Source: Octopus bimaculoides (taxonomy: Eukaryota). Taken from it: a DNA stretch of 46,560 nucleotides. A program made the translations under genes and the position numbers. The notes beneath the pieces are model-generated. The model saw only the letters and a list, made by a program, of their open reading frames with translations, did not search any database and was not told the origin of the DNA. Positions 35,976 to 46,560 of the stretch are shown here, piece after piece (position 1 is the first letter of the stretch; each line of letters opens with the position of its first letter). The stretch lies in NCBI RefSeq assembly GCF_001194135.2, contig NC_068997.1, positions 12,123,886-12,170,445 of the forward strand. Direction: 5' to 3'.

Positions 35976-36498
35976 CTTTAGGCCGATATTAAAAATAAAT
36001 TTATATCGTGTTGTTTAGTTTCTGCTCATATAAATCAGATATATATCTAAATGTATTTTTAGGCCTTATAGATTTCGATTTCATTCAAGCTTAATGTGTA
36101 ATCGGACCTTATTATCCAAAGGGTCCTCTTTATAAGATGGTAGGACGTGATTTAAGCGATGTTAGGTGCTAGTTCTATCTTGTAGATAAACAACGTAGAG
36201 TTTCCTTTTGACTCATTTTTAGTTAGTGCCAAGATACTTCTCATAGATTCTCTGGGATACATCATGAGTGATGGGAGTTCAGACAGTTCGACCTGAGTTG
36301 ACCAAGTCCTAGCTTGCATCAAATCATTGGTTATTCTCTTTATTCAAAGCAATCTTGTGCAATGGATTCTCTACAGTTACGGTGGTGGAACGTATGCCCT
36401 AAACCTCTAAGCCCAGACAGAACATCACAGAGTGAACACGCTATAAAACCTGGCAGCCTACTTCAACTGGCTCGCAACATTCACACCAACCTTTATTA

Positions 36499-36712
36499 AG
36501 GTGGAGAGCAGGCACAAATGTTAAAGAGCCGGACAAAATGCTTCGTGGAATTCCGTTCGTTTTCATGTTCTCATTCCAAATTCCGACAAGGGCAGTTTTG
36601 TCTCTCATCCTTTCGGAGTCCTTAAAATAAGTACCAGGTGAACAGTGGGGTCGATGTGATCGACTTAACACTTTACCCGAAATTTCTGGCCTCGTGCCAA
36701 AATTTGAAGCCT
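36499..36712 (+). mobile_element. SINE family A, diverged
   Basis: ggtggagagcaggcac...ccggacaaaatgctt...aagtaccagg...ggcctcgtgccaaaatttgaagcc. Confidence 0.82.
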
Positions 36713-36856
36713 GTATTTACATCATGTTTATATAACTGCCATAATATTATCACAGCTTTGGTATTAAGAAAACATAACTGATATAATTGTTCTGGTGCAT
36801 AATTTGCAAATATACGTCTTCATGCGATATTACCATAATACCGTGATCATCTATAT

Positions 36857-37131
36857 CAGGGGTTTTCAAACTGTGGTCCGCAGACCACAGGGGGTCCGTA
36901 GACACCAAAAACTTTTTATGGGCAATTTGATTTTATATATGTTTTTTAATCGAAATCTTTTAATTGACAATAAACCTATTTGTTAAATACTGTTAAATAA
37001 ATAAATGTAAAAATATATGTTATTTTAAGCAAATATTTATGTATAAATTTCATAAGCGTTTATAAGGGGGTCCCTAAGGTAAAGCCTGAAATATAAAGGG
37101 GTCCGCAAGTCAAAAAGTTTGAAAACCCCTG
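36857..37131. mobile_element. hAT-superfamily MITE, 275 bp
   Basis: Perfect 16-bp TIRs CAGGGGTTTTCAAACT; perfect 8-bp TSD ATCTATAT at 36849-36856 and 37132-37139. Confidence 0.95.
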
Positions 37132-37818
37132 ATCTATATGACTTGTATGGAATTGAAAGAATTCTTAATTTTTGTTTACAAAACCAAAGCTTTTGTCTTC
37201 AATATAAACAAATATTGCAATAATGGCTGCTACATAAGTTTTTCGACACATACTATCGTGTATCCGTTTTGTTACAAATATATTTTAAATCATTACTTAA
37301 TTAACCGTATGACTGATGAACATGCTATAGCTTTAAACCATAACCTTCATTAAGAATGCATCCATCAATTAACGGATATAAAAGGCTTTGATCGATGTCT
37401 TCCGTATCCTTTGTAATCAGATTTCTTCTCTTGTGTCCAACGGCAAAATATCCTATTAAAACCTGCGAAATCCTCTTAAGTTTTCCATTAGTTTTCATAC
37501 TTATTGACACAGTGATGAAAATATTCTTTAACCCACCGGTTTCTTCTGATAATTAATTTATTAAGGTGTAACTAACTTGATGGAACGGATTTCTCTCGAA
37601 GATTATTGGCTACGGCTGAATACATACCCATAAGTGGGTGCGAAAATTAATAATGTTTTCAATAACAATCAATATCGAGCCACAGATTCGCTTCTCCCCA
37701 AATTTTACATTCTACGGCGCTAATATACAGACTAAATACATTTTTCATTATAAATTTTCATTATAATGCATTAGAATTGTTTCTGGGGTTACTGTCGTTG
37801 TGTTTTGTCCCGGGAAAA

Positions 37819-38010
37819 ATTCTTTTTTCTACTCTAGGCACAAGGCTCGAAATTTTAGATCGACTCCAGTACGCAACTGGTACTTAATTTATCGACTCCG
37901 AAAGGATGAAAGGCAAAGTCGACTTCGGCGGAATTTGAACTCAGAACGTAAAGACAAACGAAATACCGCTAAGCATTTAGCCCGGCGTGCTAACATTTCT
38001 GCCAGTTCCC
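37819..38010 (-). mobile_element. SINE family A
   Basis: ctactctaggcacaaggc...gaatttgaactcagaacgt...gctaagcatttagcccggcgtgctaac. Confidence 0.9.
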
Positions 38011-38174
38011 GGTCAAATGCATTCCAGACGTCTTATAGATTTCGGATATCCAGGACTATGACATAAATTTATTTATAATATGATATAATTTGGCTGTCGA
38101 GCGTTAATACATAATTTATATAATATTGTATAATTTGCATACAATAGTCTGTCAACCAGTCTGTCAAATTCACT

Positions 38175-38295
38175 TCTAAGGCAGTGATAAGCCCGAGGCT
38201 ATATTATAAGACACTGGCTCAAAGTAGTGCGTAATTGGATTGAAAACGAAACAACATGGCTGCAAAGCAATCTTCTTAACCACACAGCTATGTCT
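38175..38295 (-). mobile_element. SINE family B head, degraded
   Basis: gcccgaggctata...aagacact...cttcttaaccacacagc. Confidence 0.65.
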
Positions 38296-38794
38296 ATTTA
38301 TGTGTGCGTGTGTGTGTGTGTCTGTGTGTGTGTGAAAGAGAGAGAGAGTGTGTGCGTATGTGTATGTGTGTATGTGTGTGCGTGTGTGCGTGTGTTCGTG
38401 TGTATTTGTATACATAGTGTATATCAGTAAATCTAACCAATCGTTGATGAATATTCTTTCGAGACATCGTGTAATAACTCGATTGACTGATAACTGGCGA
38501 ATGACGAAATGAAAAATTTATTATCTGTATTTAGCTCGTAATACTAGAAATTAGATCAACTAAACAATCGTCCTCTGTTTTCTGTCTTTATACGACGTTT
38601 ATATATCGAAATGAGAAACTGATACGAGTCTTGATTCTACTCCAAGCAGACTAAATTTGTAAGCCTCGAATTAGTTTTTCTATCTTAATCGTTGTCCACC
38701 GACTGAATTTCTATCATATTTACGCAATTATTATCGTATAACCTTAACAGATAATGACAATATCAGAGCATGTATATTAATTACATCGAGGAAA

Positions 38795-39195
38795 GGCAAC
38801 GAGCTAGCAGAAACGTTGTCTGACTTTACGTTCTGAGTTCAAATTCCGCCGAGGTCGACTTTGCCTTTCATCCTTTCGGGGGTCGATGAATTGAGTACCA
38901 GTTGCGCACTGTGATCGATCTAATCGATTGGCCCCCTTCGCAAAAATTTCGGGCCTTGTGCCTAGATCAGAAAAGCTTATTCAAGGCAGCGAGCTGGCAG
39001 AAACGTTAGCACGCCGGGCGAAATTCTTAACGATATTTCAATGGTCGCTACGTTCTGAGTTCAAATTCCGCCGAGGTCAACTATGCCTTTCATCCTTTCG
39101 GAGTTGATAAATTGAGCACCAGTTGCGTACTGGGATCGATTTAATCGACTGGCCCCTCTCCCCAAATTTCGGACCTTGTGCCTAGAGTAGAAAAG
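38795..39195 (+). mobile_element. Head-to-tail SINE-A dimer (38795-38981 and 38985-39195) inside one 19-bp TSD
   Basis: attaattacatcgaggaaa at 38776-38794 and 39196-39214. Confidence 0.93.
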
Positions 39196-39852
39196 ATTAA
39201 TTACATCGAGGAAATCTTATGTAATCACCGTCACGCATATTTATACACACATACATAGTTTCAGTGACTGTTTCAGCTCTGAAAAATTCTTATATAACAG
39301 ATTTGAAGCAAACTGGTGATAGACTGCGTTGGCATGACGTATCGTTTTTTTTTGTTTTTTGTTTTTTAGGTGACATAAAGAATACAGAGAAATTGCCGTA
39401 GAGAGTGGAATATCAATAAATTTCAATAGAGGTTTTCTGCGAGTAAAAGTTGACAGGAAGGAAATATTTAGAAAAACAGCAGAGTTTTACATCCTCTGTT
39501 TTTATATTTTCCTGCAAGTAACTTTAACTTTAAAAAAGGACTCTGTCCAAACCGTAGGATATTCCATTCTCTGCGGTAATTTTACTCTACTCTATTCGAA
39601 AATTTCTTATACTGAGTTTGTTTTTTTTTAACATTAAATACGTAAACAGCAAAAGAAGTATAACGTCTGCTATCTCCTAGCAGGTATTAAGAATTTAGAC
39701 AAGTTATCATGTCGTCATGTTATTACATGCATTAAAATGCATTGACGCGTAGAAAAGGAAATAAAATATTCGCGTCTCTTTATCCACCAGGCAAATACAT
39801 TGGGATAAAACAAACAGATACAATCACACACACACACATATCATTGGCGGTT

Positions 39853-40045
39853 TTTCTCTCCGTCTTCCTTTTCTCTTGGACTTTCCTCTGTCTCCTGTTT
39901 CTGACGAAGAGCTTTACTCGAAACGTAAAACTACCTTCCTTTCCTTCCCTGAGCGTCTGCTAATACTTTACATGTACCACGTCCTCACCTTTTTGTTGTT
40001 TTTTCTTGTGTTTTTTCTTCGTTTATTTTTTGGGATTCATTACAT
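39853..40045 (+). mobile_element. HHR-bearing short repeat (family A), copy 2
   Basis: Homologous to 25862-26040; ends at a TA-rich run. Confidence 0.85.
39897..39931 (+). ncRNA. Minimal type I hammerhead ribozyme
   Basis: GUUU-CUGACGA-A-GAG-CUUUA-CUC-GAAA-CG-UA-AAAC; GUA triplet, predicted cleavage after 39927. Confidence 0.8.
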
Positions 40046-40242
40046 ATATATAATTTTTCATAGAAAACAATGTAATCGTTACCAATATAGCAAGAGATTT
40101 CACCACAAAAAAGTCTAAATTAGACTCCTTAGTGATCGTTCTCCTTGTTTATATATATCCAAAGTTTTAAATTTAAATTTAAGAGAGAGATTTGACGCTA
40201 ATATCCATTATTATTGTAATTTATTTCTATATATATATATAT

Positions 40243-40400
40243 ATACCACGGGCTTCCCTAAGTCTCTGTCAACCAAATTCATTCACAAGGCTTTGGTTAG
40301 TCAGGGGCTATAGTAAAAAACGCTTACCCATGGTACCACTCAGTGGGAATGGACCTGGAACTATATGGCTGGGAAACAAGATTTTACCACACAGCCACGC
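40243..40400 (-). mobile_element. SINE family B head
   Basis: cacaaggctttgg...ggctatagt...ttaccacacagccacgcc. Confidence 0.8.
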
Positions 40401-40997
40401 CTTGTTTTTAAATAAGTGTTTTTTCCAGGAGATTAGAACACATCAATGAAAACCCACAATAAATTTCCCGGATTTTGTATTTTATACTATAAGGAATTTC
40501 CAGATTATCTAGTACCTATTTATCGCAGACAGCCAAACAGGAGTTTGTAGACTTATGTACACTGAAATCCTCTTACTGTGATTTGACCCCCTCTTTCTGT
40601 AATTTGATATTCTAACGCAATATCAACTCAATTTTTCGCCACTAATATTTATACACCTCTACCACGGCAACTAATATCGACAATACAACAAAACAACTAC
40701 AACAAGTGGCTAAAATGTTCAAAAGATTCGCACGTTTGCATAAAGGAAATTAAATATTTGATGTGAAAACAGTGTAAAACTGTTACCGACATTGAGGCAT
40801 AAACCAACATTGAATTGAAGCACGAAAATATTTGTTTTTATTTATTTTTGTTTTGACATTTTGCCTTGATTATGGGACATTTGCCACTGCGCTTCAAGGT
40901 AGATTAAGCATCAACATATTAGAAATATCCAAATTATTAAATTAAATTCTAATTCTATACTAATACCCTACACCACAATATATTGGTTACACATTTT

Positions 40998-41297
40998 TGA
41001 CGGACGATATGCTTAGCAGCATTTCGTCCGTCATGCTAACGATTACGCCAGCTCGCCGATTTCTCTCCTGCACCACAATTTATTGCTTTCAAAGTTTGGC
41101 ATAAGGTCAGCAGGTTTGAGGAGGAGATAAGTCGATTACATCGACCCCCAGTGCTCGACTAGTAATCATTTTATCGACCCTGAAAGGATGAAAAGCAAAG
41201 TCGACGTCGGCGAAATTTGAAATAAGAACGTAAGGACGGATAGAATGCTGGAAAGCATTTTACCTGGTGTTCTAACGATTCTTCCAGCTCGCCGCCT
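40998..41297 (-). mobile_element. SINE-A head fragment (40998-41058) plus a full copy (41085-41297) with a diverged 19-bp TSD
   Basis: tcctgcaccacaatttatt (41066-41084) vs tcctacatcacagtatatt (41298-41316), 15 of 19 identical. Confidence 0.85.
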
Positions 41298-42118
41298 TCC
41301 TACATCACAGTATATTCAAGACTAATGACAGAGCCCTTGTGTGGCGACTCATGCTGCTAAAAATAATAGCTAAATCTTCCTCATATGCTATTCTTGAAAA
41401 GGAAGAGAGACACACTGGACAATTTAATTAAAAAGGAGATTCGGTTGCGGTTAGAAAGATGTTTGCCAATTACGGGTGTACCTAGAAATAAACACCAGCA
41501 GTAAGAACCAATTGCGCCACCTGTACTTACACAGTTCAATTAAGTGTCTAAAATCAAGAATATCAGATGGAAATAATAAATTTCAAAATGTTCAGTAGTT
41601 TAGTAGAAAAAAAGGGCAATTCTCTATTAGCCTCGTTTGGTCTTTCCAGCTGTAATTCCATCCCTGCTTGTTACAAGTTCAACCATCTATGCATCTGCTA
41701 TTTTCCTATTGACTCTTTCCGTTGAGTTCTTTGACCATTCTGACACTCGCCGCCCATTCCATTTGATACCCTTATCTAAACATATACTGCTTTTCATCTT
41801 CATCTGCCTTCTTTTCTTCTATTTTTCTTCCTTTTGTTTTCTTTTATTTTCTTTGTTTATACGTTCCTGTCTCCTCTATCTCTTTTTATTTTTCTTCGTT
41901 TGGTTTCTCTTCTTTTTCCTTTTTCTCATTTTCTCTCCATTCTTATAGCAAAGACAGGGGTATTGCATTTACAAATGCGAATTAAAATATTTCTTCGGTC
42001 GTCACTTGTCCGATGACCCTCTTCATGCACATTGGAACTCAGAGAAGCAAGACTCGACCATTATTTTTCCTTACTGTGTCATCGAGTACTATGCATTCAG
42101 GTGGCCTACACAAAGCGT

Positions 42119-42190
<72 letters not shown>

Positions 42191-42261
42191 GAAAAAAACA
42201 TGTAAATTTATGTATATATACATATATTTATATGTTTATATATATATATATATATATATAT

Positions 42262-42490
42262 TACCTTTTGTCTTTTACTTGTTTCAGTCATTAGACTGTG
42301 GCCATGCTGGAGCACCACATTGAAGAACTTTTAGTCGAATGAATCGTCCGCAATGCTTTTATTTTAAAGCCTGGTAGTTACTCTATCATTCCATTTCACC
42401 AAACCTCTAAGTTACAGAGGCATAAACATACCCACACCGGTTGTCAAGCGTGGTGTGAGACACACACACACATACATACACATATATGTA
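42262..42490 (-). mobile_element. SINE family B tail fragment
   Basis: cttttacttgtttcagtca...ccatgctggagcacc...ccggttgtcaagcg; matches 44668-44860. Confidence 0.8.
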
Positions 42491-43412
42491 TATAGAGAGA
42501 TGGGAGTGAGGGAAATAGCTCTAGATCTCTGCAGGCCATTCTAGGATTTGGGAAAAAGATAAATATAAAGTAGAATTTTGCAAAAGAGTCTACCAGAATG
42601 ATAAACACGAGAAATAAGTGAAACATTATCTCCTGGGACAGAATAAAAGTCCTGACATGGAATTCGTTACAATGAAAGAAAGAAAGTGAATGGAATAGAA
42701 TATATGTAAATTGAAAGAAAAATTTGGAAGTTAATAGAGAGATTGCTTTAAAGAAAAATGAACAGGGGAATGGAAAGAAAGACGAGTAACAAATAAAGGA
42801 AATATACCAATTGATCCTATTCTATTGAAAATTGCAATCTGTAAGTCTCTTTTAATAAGAGTCGGAGAGAAAAGTGTCAGAAAGCCTATTCAGATCCTCA
42901 TAGATGAAGCATTTTCATATTGGCTGAGACTTAAGTGCATTTCTGAAGTCAATTCTAGTTTGCTTTTGAAGAAAAACAGATCCTGAAAGTTTTGCTGAAA
43001 TTTCTTTCCGAAAATCTTGTTTTCTTTTTAGTATTACTATTGGTATAATCACGCTTTTTGTTTTCTTCGTTTCTATTAGAGGAGATTCGAAAAACGAGGC
43101 ATGGCAAAGTGAGGCGAGACGAGGTGAGGAGAAGCAATGGCGGTGTTATCTTTAAACGTTTTCTTGTATGAAATCTACTTTTATCGAATTCGGTTAAATT
43201 GTGTTGCGTTGAGTTGCTGATATTATTTCGTTGCCTTCATTGCAACTGCTGCAGCTTTATTTTGTTTTATAGTTTTATTCTATTATTTACTGATTTATTT
43301 ATTTATTTATTTATTATTTCCGCCGTTCTTATTGATGTCTTTGTTTCCAACGCTGTTTTTGCTGTACTTGGCTCAGTCGTGGTTAATACCTTCACTGACA
43401 ATATTGTAATAT

Positions 43413-43413
43413 G

Positions 43414-43467
<54 letters not shown>

Positions 43468-43730
43468 CGGTGGTCGGCGGTGGTCGGTGGATGGTGGTCG
43501 GTGGATGGTGGTAGTAGTAGTAGCAATAGGATTGTTGTGGAGTGGTGGTGGTGGTGGTGGTGGTGGTAGTCGTGGTGGTGATAATGGTGGTGGTGGTGGT
43601 GATAGTAGTCGTGGTTGTGAAATAGTGGTAGTGGTGGTGGTGGTTATAGTAGTAGTGGTGCTGATGGTTATAGTAGTAGTAGTGATGGTGGTGGTTATTG
43701 TAGTAGTAGTAGTAGTAGTAGTAGTAGTAA
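43413..43730. repeat. Compound (GTA)/(GTG)n microsatellite
   Basis: Visible; explains the ORFs at 43199-43882. Confidence 0.95.
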
Positions 43731-44274
43731 AAGGACAAGGCAATAGCAATAAAATAAAGCGTGTGATATAAGATTAGATTAGGTGGACGTGTGATCGAGA
43801 AATAGGATGAGGTTTTGTTATATCGATGTTCCGGTGGATAAAAATCAATTAACAGATACATACTGTATATGTCACGGACCAAAATAATCGAAAGTAAAAT
43901 TCATCAAACTTGAGAGATAATAACAAAGAAACCGAAATTTTCGATGTCGTTTGGTCAATGTAGATGCTTGTTACGAGATCTAAAACACGTTTTGTCCATA
44001 AAGTTTAGAACGACTTTAAATATTACTATTTCGAATCAGGGATCGCCAGATTCAGAATTGAGTTTCTTCAACTGCTTGTCGCACCAACTTCTACAATGAT
44101 TAATCATGTTTAGTACAGTGTGAAAATTGTACCATTGACAACATAGTCTGTTTGTATTTTTCTTTCGTTTTGTAATTGGAATAGTTTTATGTTTTTTTAT
44201 CTATTTATTTCAATACATACAGATGTGTGTGTGTACATATATACGCGTATATTTATACACATACACACATGCAC

Positions 44275-44311
<37 letters not shown>

Positions 44312-44312
44312 C

Positions 44313-44352
<40 letters not shown>

Positions 44353-44667
44353 TGGAAGGAAGGCGAACCGACATACACACGCAAACAGGCAGGCAGGCAG
44401 GCAGGCAGACAGGCAGACAGACTATTACGGCGTGCATGATATATTAATTAATCATTCAAAAACACATTAAGTTAGTTAACGTTGATTTCACTTAAAGCAC
44501 TTATTTGGTGTTAAAATTGCTGTCGCACCAACTACAACATAGTCACTGACTCGATTCCTCTACATTCACGTTCAAATAGCGTCAGTGATCAGGTCGTGTG
44601 TGTGTGTGTGTCTGTTTATGCAGTTCTTGACTTATTTCATTCGTTAATTTGTGTCACTCACACATAT

Positions 44668-45071
44668 ACTCTTTTACTCTTTTACTTGTTTCAGTCAATT
44701 GACTGCGCCATGCTGGAACACCGCCTTTAGTCGAGCAAATCGACCCCAGGACTTATTCTTTGTAAGCCTAATACTTATTTTATCGGTTCTTTTGCCTAAC
44801 CGTTAAGCTACGGGGACCTAAACAAACCAGCATCGGTTGTCAAGCGATGTTGGGGGAACAAACACAGACACACAAACACACATATACATATATATACATA
44901 TATATACGACGTACATCTTTCAGTTTCCGTCTACCAAATCCACTTATAAGGCTTTGGTCGGCCCTGAGGCTATAGAAGAAGACACTTGACCAAGATGCCA
45001 CGCAGTGGGACTGAAACCAGAACTATGTGGCTGGTAAGCAAGCTACTTACCACGCAGCCACTCCTTCGCCT
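44668..45071 (-). mobile_element. Full-length SINE family B (tRNA head, central CA/TA tract, tail ending in taaaagag repeats)
   Basis: Minus strand reads aggcgaaggagtggctgcgtggtaagtagcttgc...ctggtttcagtcccactgcgtgg...; tail matches 5822-6012. Confidence 0.92.
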
Positions 45072-45249
45072 ATATTTATAATCATTTAATAATTAGATAT
45101 AATTGAATATTTACTGGCTGATATTTGTCGATTGTATATCCTCTCCATCTTCTTATTTGCTTCATAGATATACAACGGATTTCTTTCGGTTTCCATCTAA
45201 CAAATTCTATCACCAGGCTTTTGTCAGTCCGGGGCATTAGTAGAGGCCT

Positions 45250-45480
45250 CTTATTTCGTTACTGCCCACAGGGGGCTACACACAGAGGGGACAAACAAGG
45301 ACAGACAAAGGGATTAAGTCGGTTACATCCCACTCCAGTGCGTAACTGGTACTTTATTTATCGGCCCCGAAAGGATGAAAAGCAAAGTCGACCTCGGCGG
45401 AATTTGAACTCAGAACGTAACGGCAGACGAAATACTGCTAAGCATTTCGCCCGGCACGCTAACGTTTCTGCCAGCTCCCC
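45250..45480 (-). mobile_element. SINE family A with the alternative tail
   Basis: Same tail as 12839-13060. Confidence 0.92.
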
Positions 45481-45884
45481 ACACTATTACGCCTATACAT
45501 CAGATAATACCGCAGTTCTAGTTTCCATGTTTACAACAAGTTTTCTTTAAGATAATAAAATTAGCCAGATGAGAAAAACCGTGGTTAGACGAAAAAATAA
45601 CATTAATGAAATTATTTTTATACATTCATACACGTCATTTATAAAAGATATTTAAATATATTAGAATGCTGTTTATATTGTGTTGCATGAATATTTAATG
45701 ATAATTTATTCATTATTTATTAAATATAATTTGCAGTTTACAAGTATAACTTGCGATTACTGAAAATTTATTTTACAAAAATATATAATTGGTTTACTTT
45801 GGTTCCAAATATTCAAATTTCATTAGTAGGACGGCATTGGAGTGGATGGGAGATAACCTTAAACACACAAAAAGTCGAACTTGA

Positions 45885-45945
<61 letters not shown>

Positions 45946-46257
45946 ATTAAATATTCAAATTAATATTCATATAAGTAGTAGTAGTAGTATCAGCGTTGAA
46001 TATGAATAATCGATAACAACAACAATAATATTAGTGGCCAGCAAGCAATAACAGCGTTAAATTGCTATACAATAAAAATTATAATTATAATACAGGTTAC
46101 ACGAAGTACCAGCTTGCGAGATATAAGAGTTAAAAACCTCAAATAAGCCACCAATCATACTGAAAAACAAAACGGACCAGCAGAAATCGGGCAAAGGAGC
46201 AAAAAGCTCTTAAGGTAATTGATATACTCCTCCTCCACAGGAGTTACCTCAATCAAT

Positions 46258-46317
<60 letters not shown>

Positions 46318-46318
<1 letters not shown>

Positions 46319-46495
46319 CATCGAAAAATACCTTAAGAATGAGAACCCACGCTCGAAATTTCCCCAAGACACCTGAAGAAGGCTGGAGGGTATACCAGCC
46401 GAAACGTTGTATTAACAACAAGCAAGATGAGGACAAATATGCGTCAAATGTATATAATTCCTCATCTCTTAAATATAGAACTGTATTATATAAAT
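46318..46495 (+). mobile_element. HHR-bearing terminal repeat (family D), Penelope pLTR-like, between (AAT)n and (TA)/(CA)n
   Basis: Short unique segment between two microsatellites that carries an HHR motif. The PLE assignment is inferred from the known HHR-PLE association. Confidence 0.6.
46368..46413 (+). ncRNA. Minimal type I hammerhead ribozyme
   Basis: GACAC-CUGAAGA-A-GGCUGG-AGGGUAUA-CCAGCC-GAAA-CG-UU-GUAUU. Stem II is a perfect 6 bp; stem I has one mismatch; predicted cleavage after 46408. Confidence 0.82.
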
Positions 46496-46513
46496 ATATA
46501 CATACACACACAA

Positions 46514-46560
<47 letters not shown>

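Noticed and set aside
37616-37660. CUGAAUA-hairpin-GAAA
   Set aside because: G8 is missing, and there is no stem I or valid stem III/UH site.

Overview
AT-rich, repeat-dominated animal genomic DNA from a gappy draft assembly. It is most likely an octopus (coleoid cephalopod), inferred from the tRNA-derived SINE families and the extreme microsatellite load. I find no convincing host protein-coding gene; most ORFs in the track are microsatellite or N-gap read-throughs, so the window looks intronic or intergenic. Contents: about 20 copies of one tRNA-derived SINE (SINE-A), two further SINE families, four decayed R4/Dong-clade (RLE) non-LTR fragments, an RTE-clade 3' fragment, a mariner deletion derivative, a hAT MITE with a perfect 8-bp TSD, and two large inverted-repeat structures. 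Main finding: seven type I hammerhead ribozyme (HHR) motifs in about four unrelated short repeat families. One family is a ~225-245 nt unit present as a partial head-to-tail tandem and as an inverted copy, the layout of non-LTR retrozymes or Penelope-like pLTRs. Second theme: R4/Dong 3' ends sit in (AAT)n and (AAG)n tracts, consistent with microsatellite targeting. All structures were folded and aligned by eye; no searches were run.
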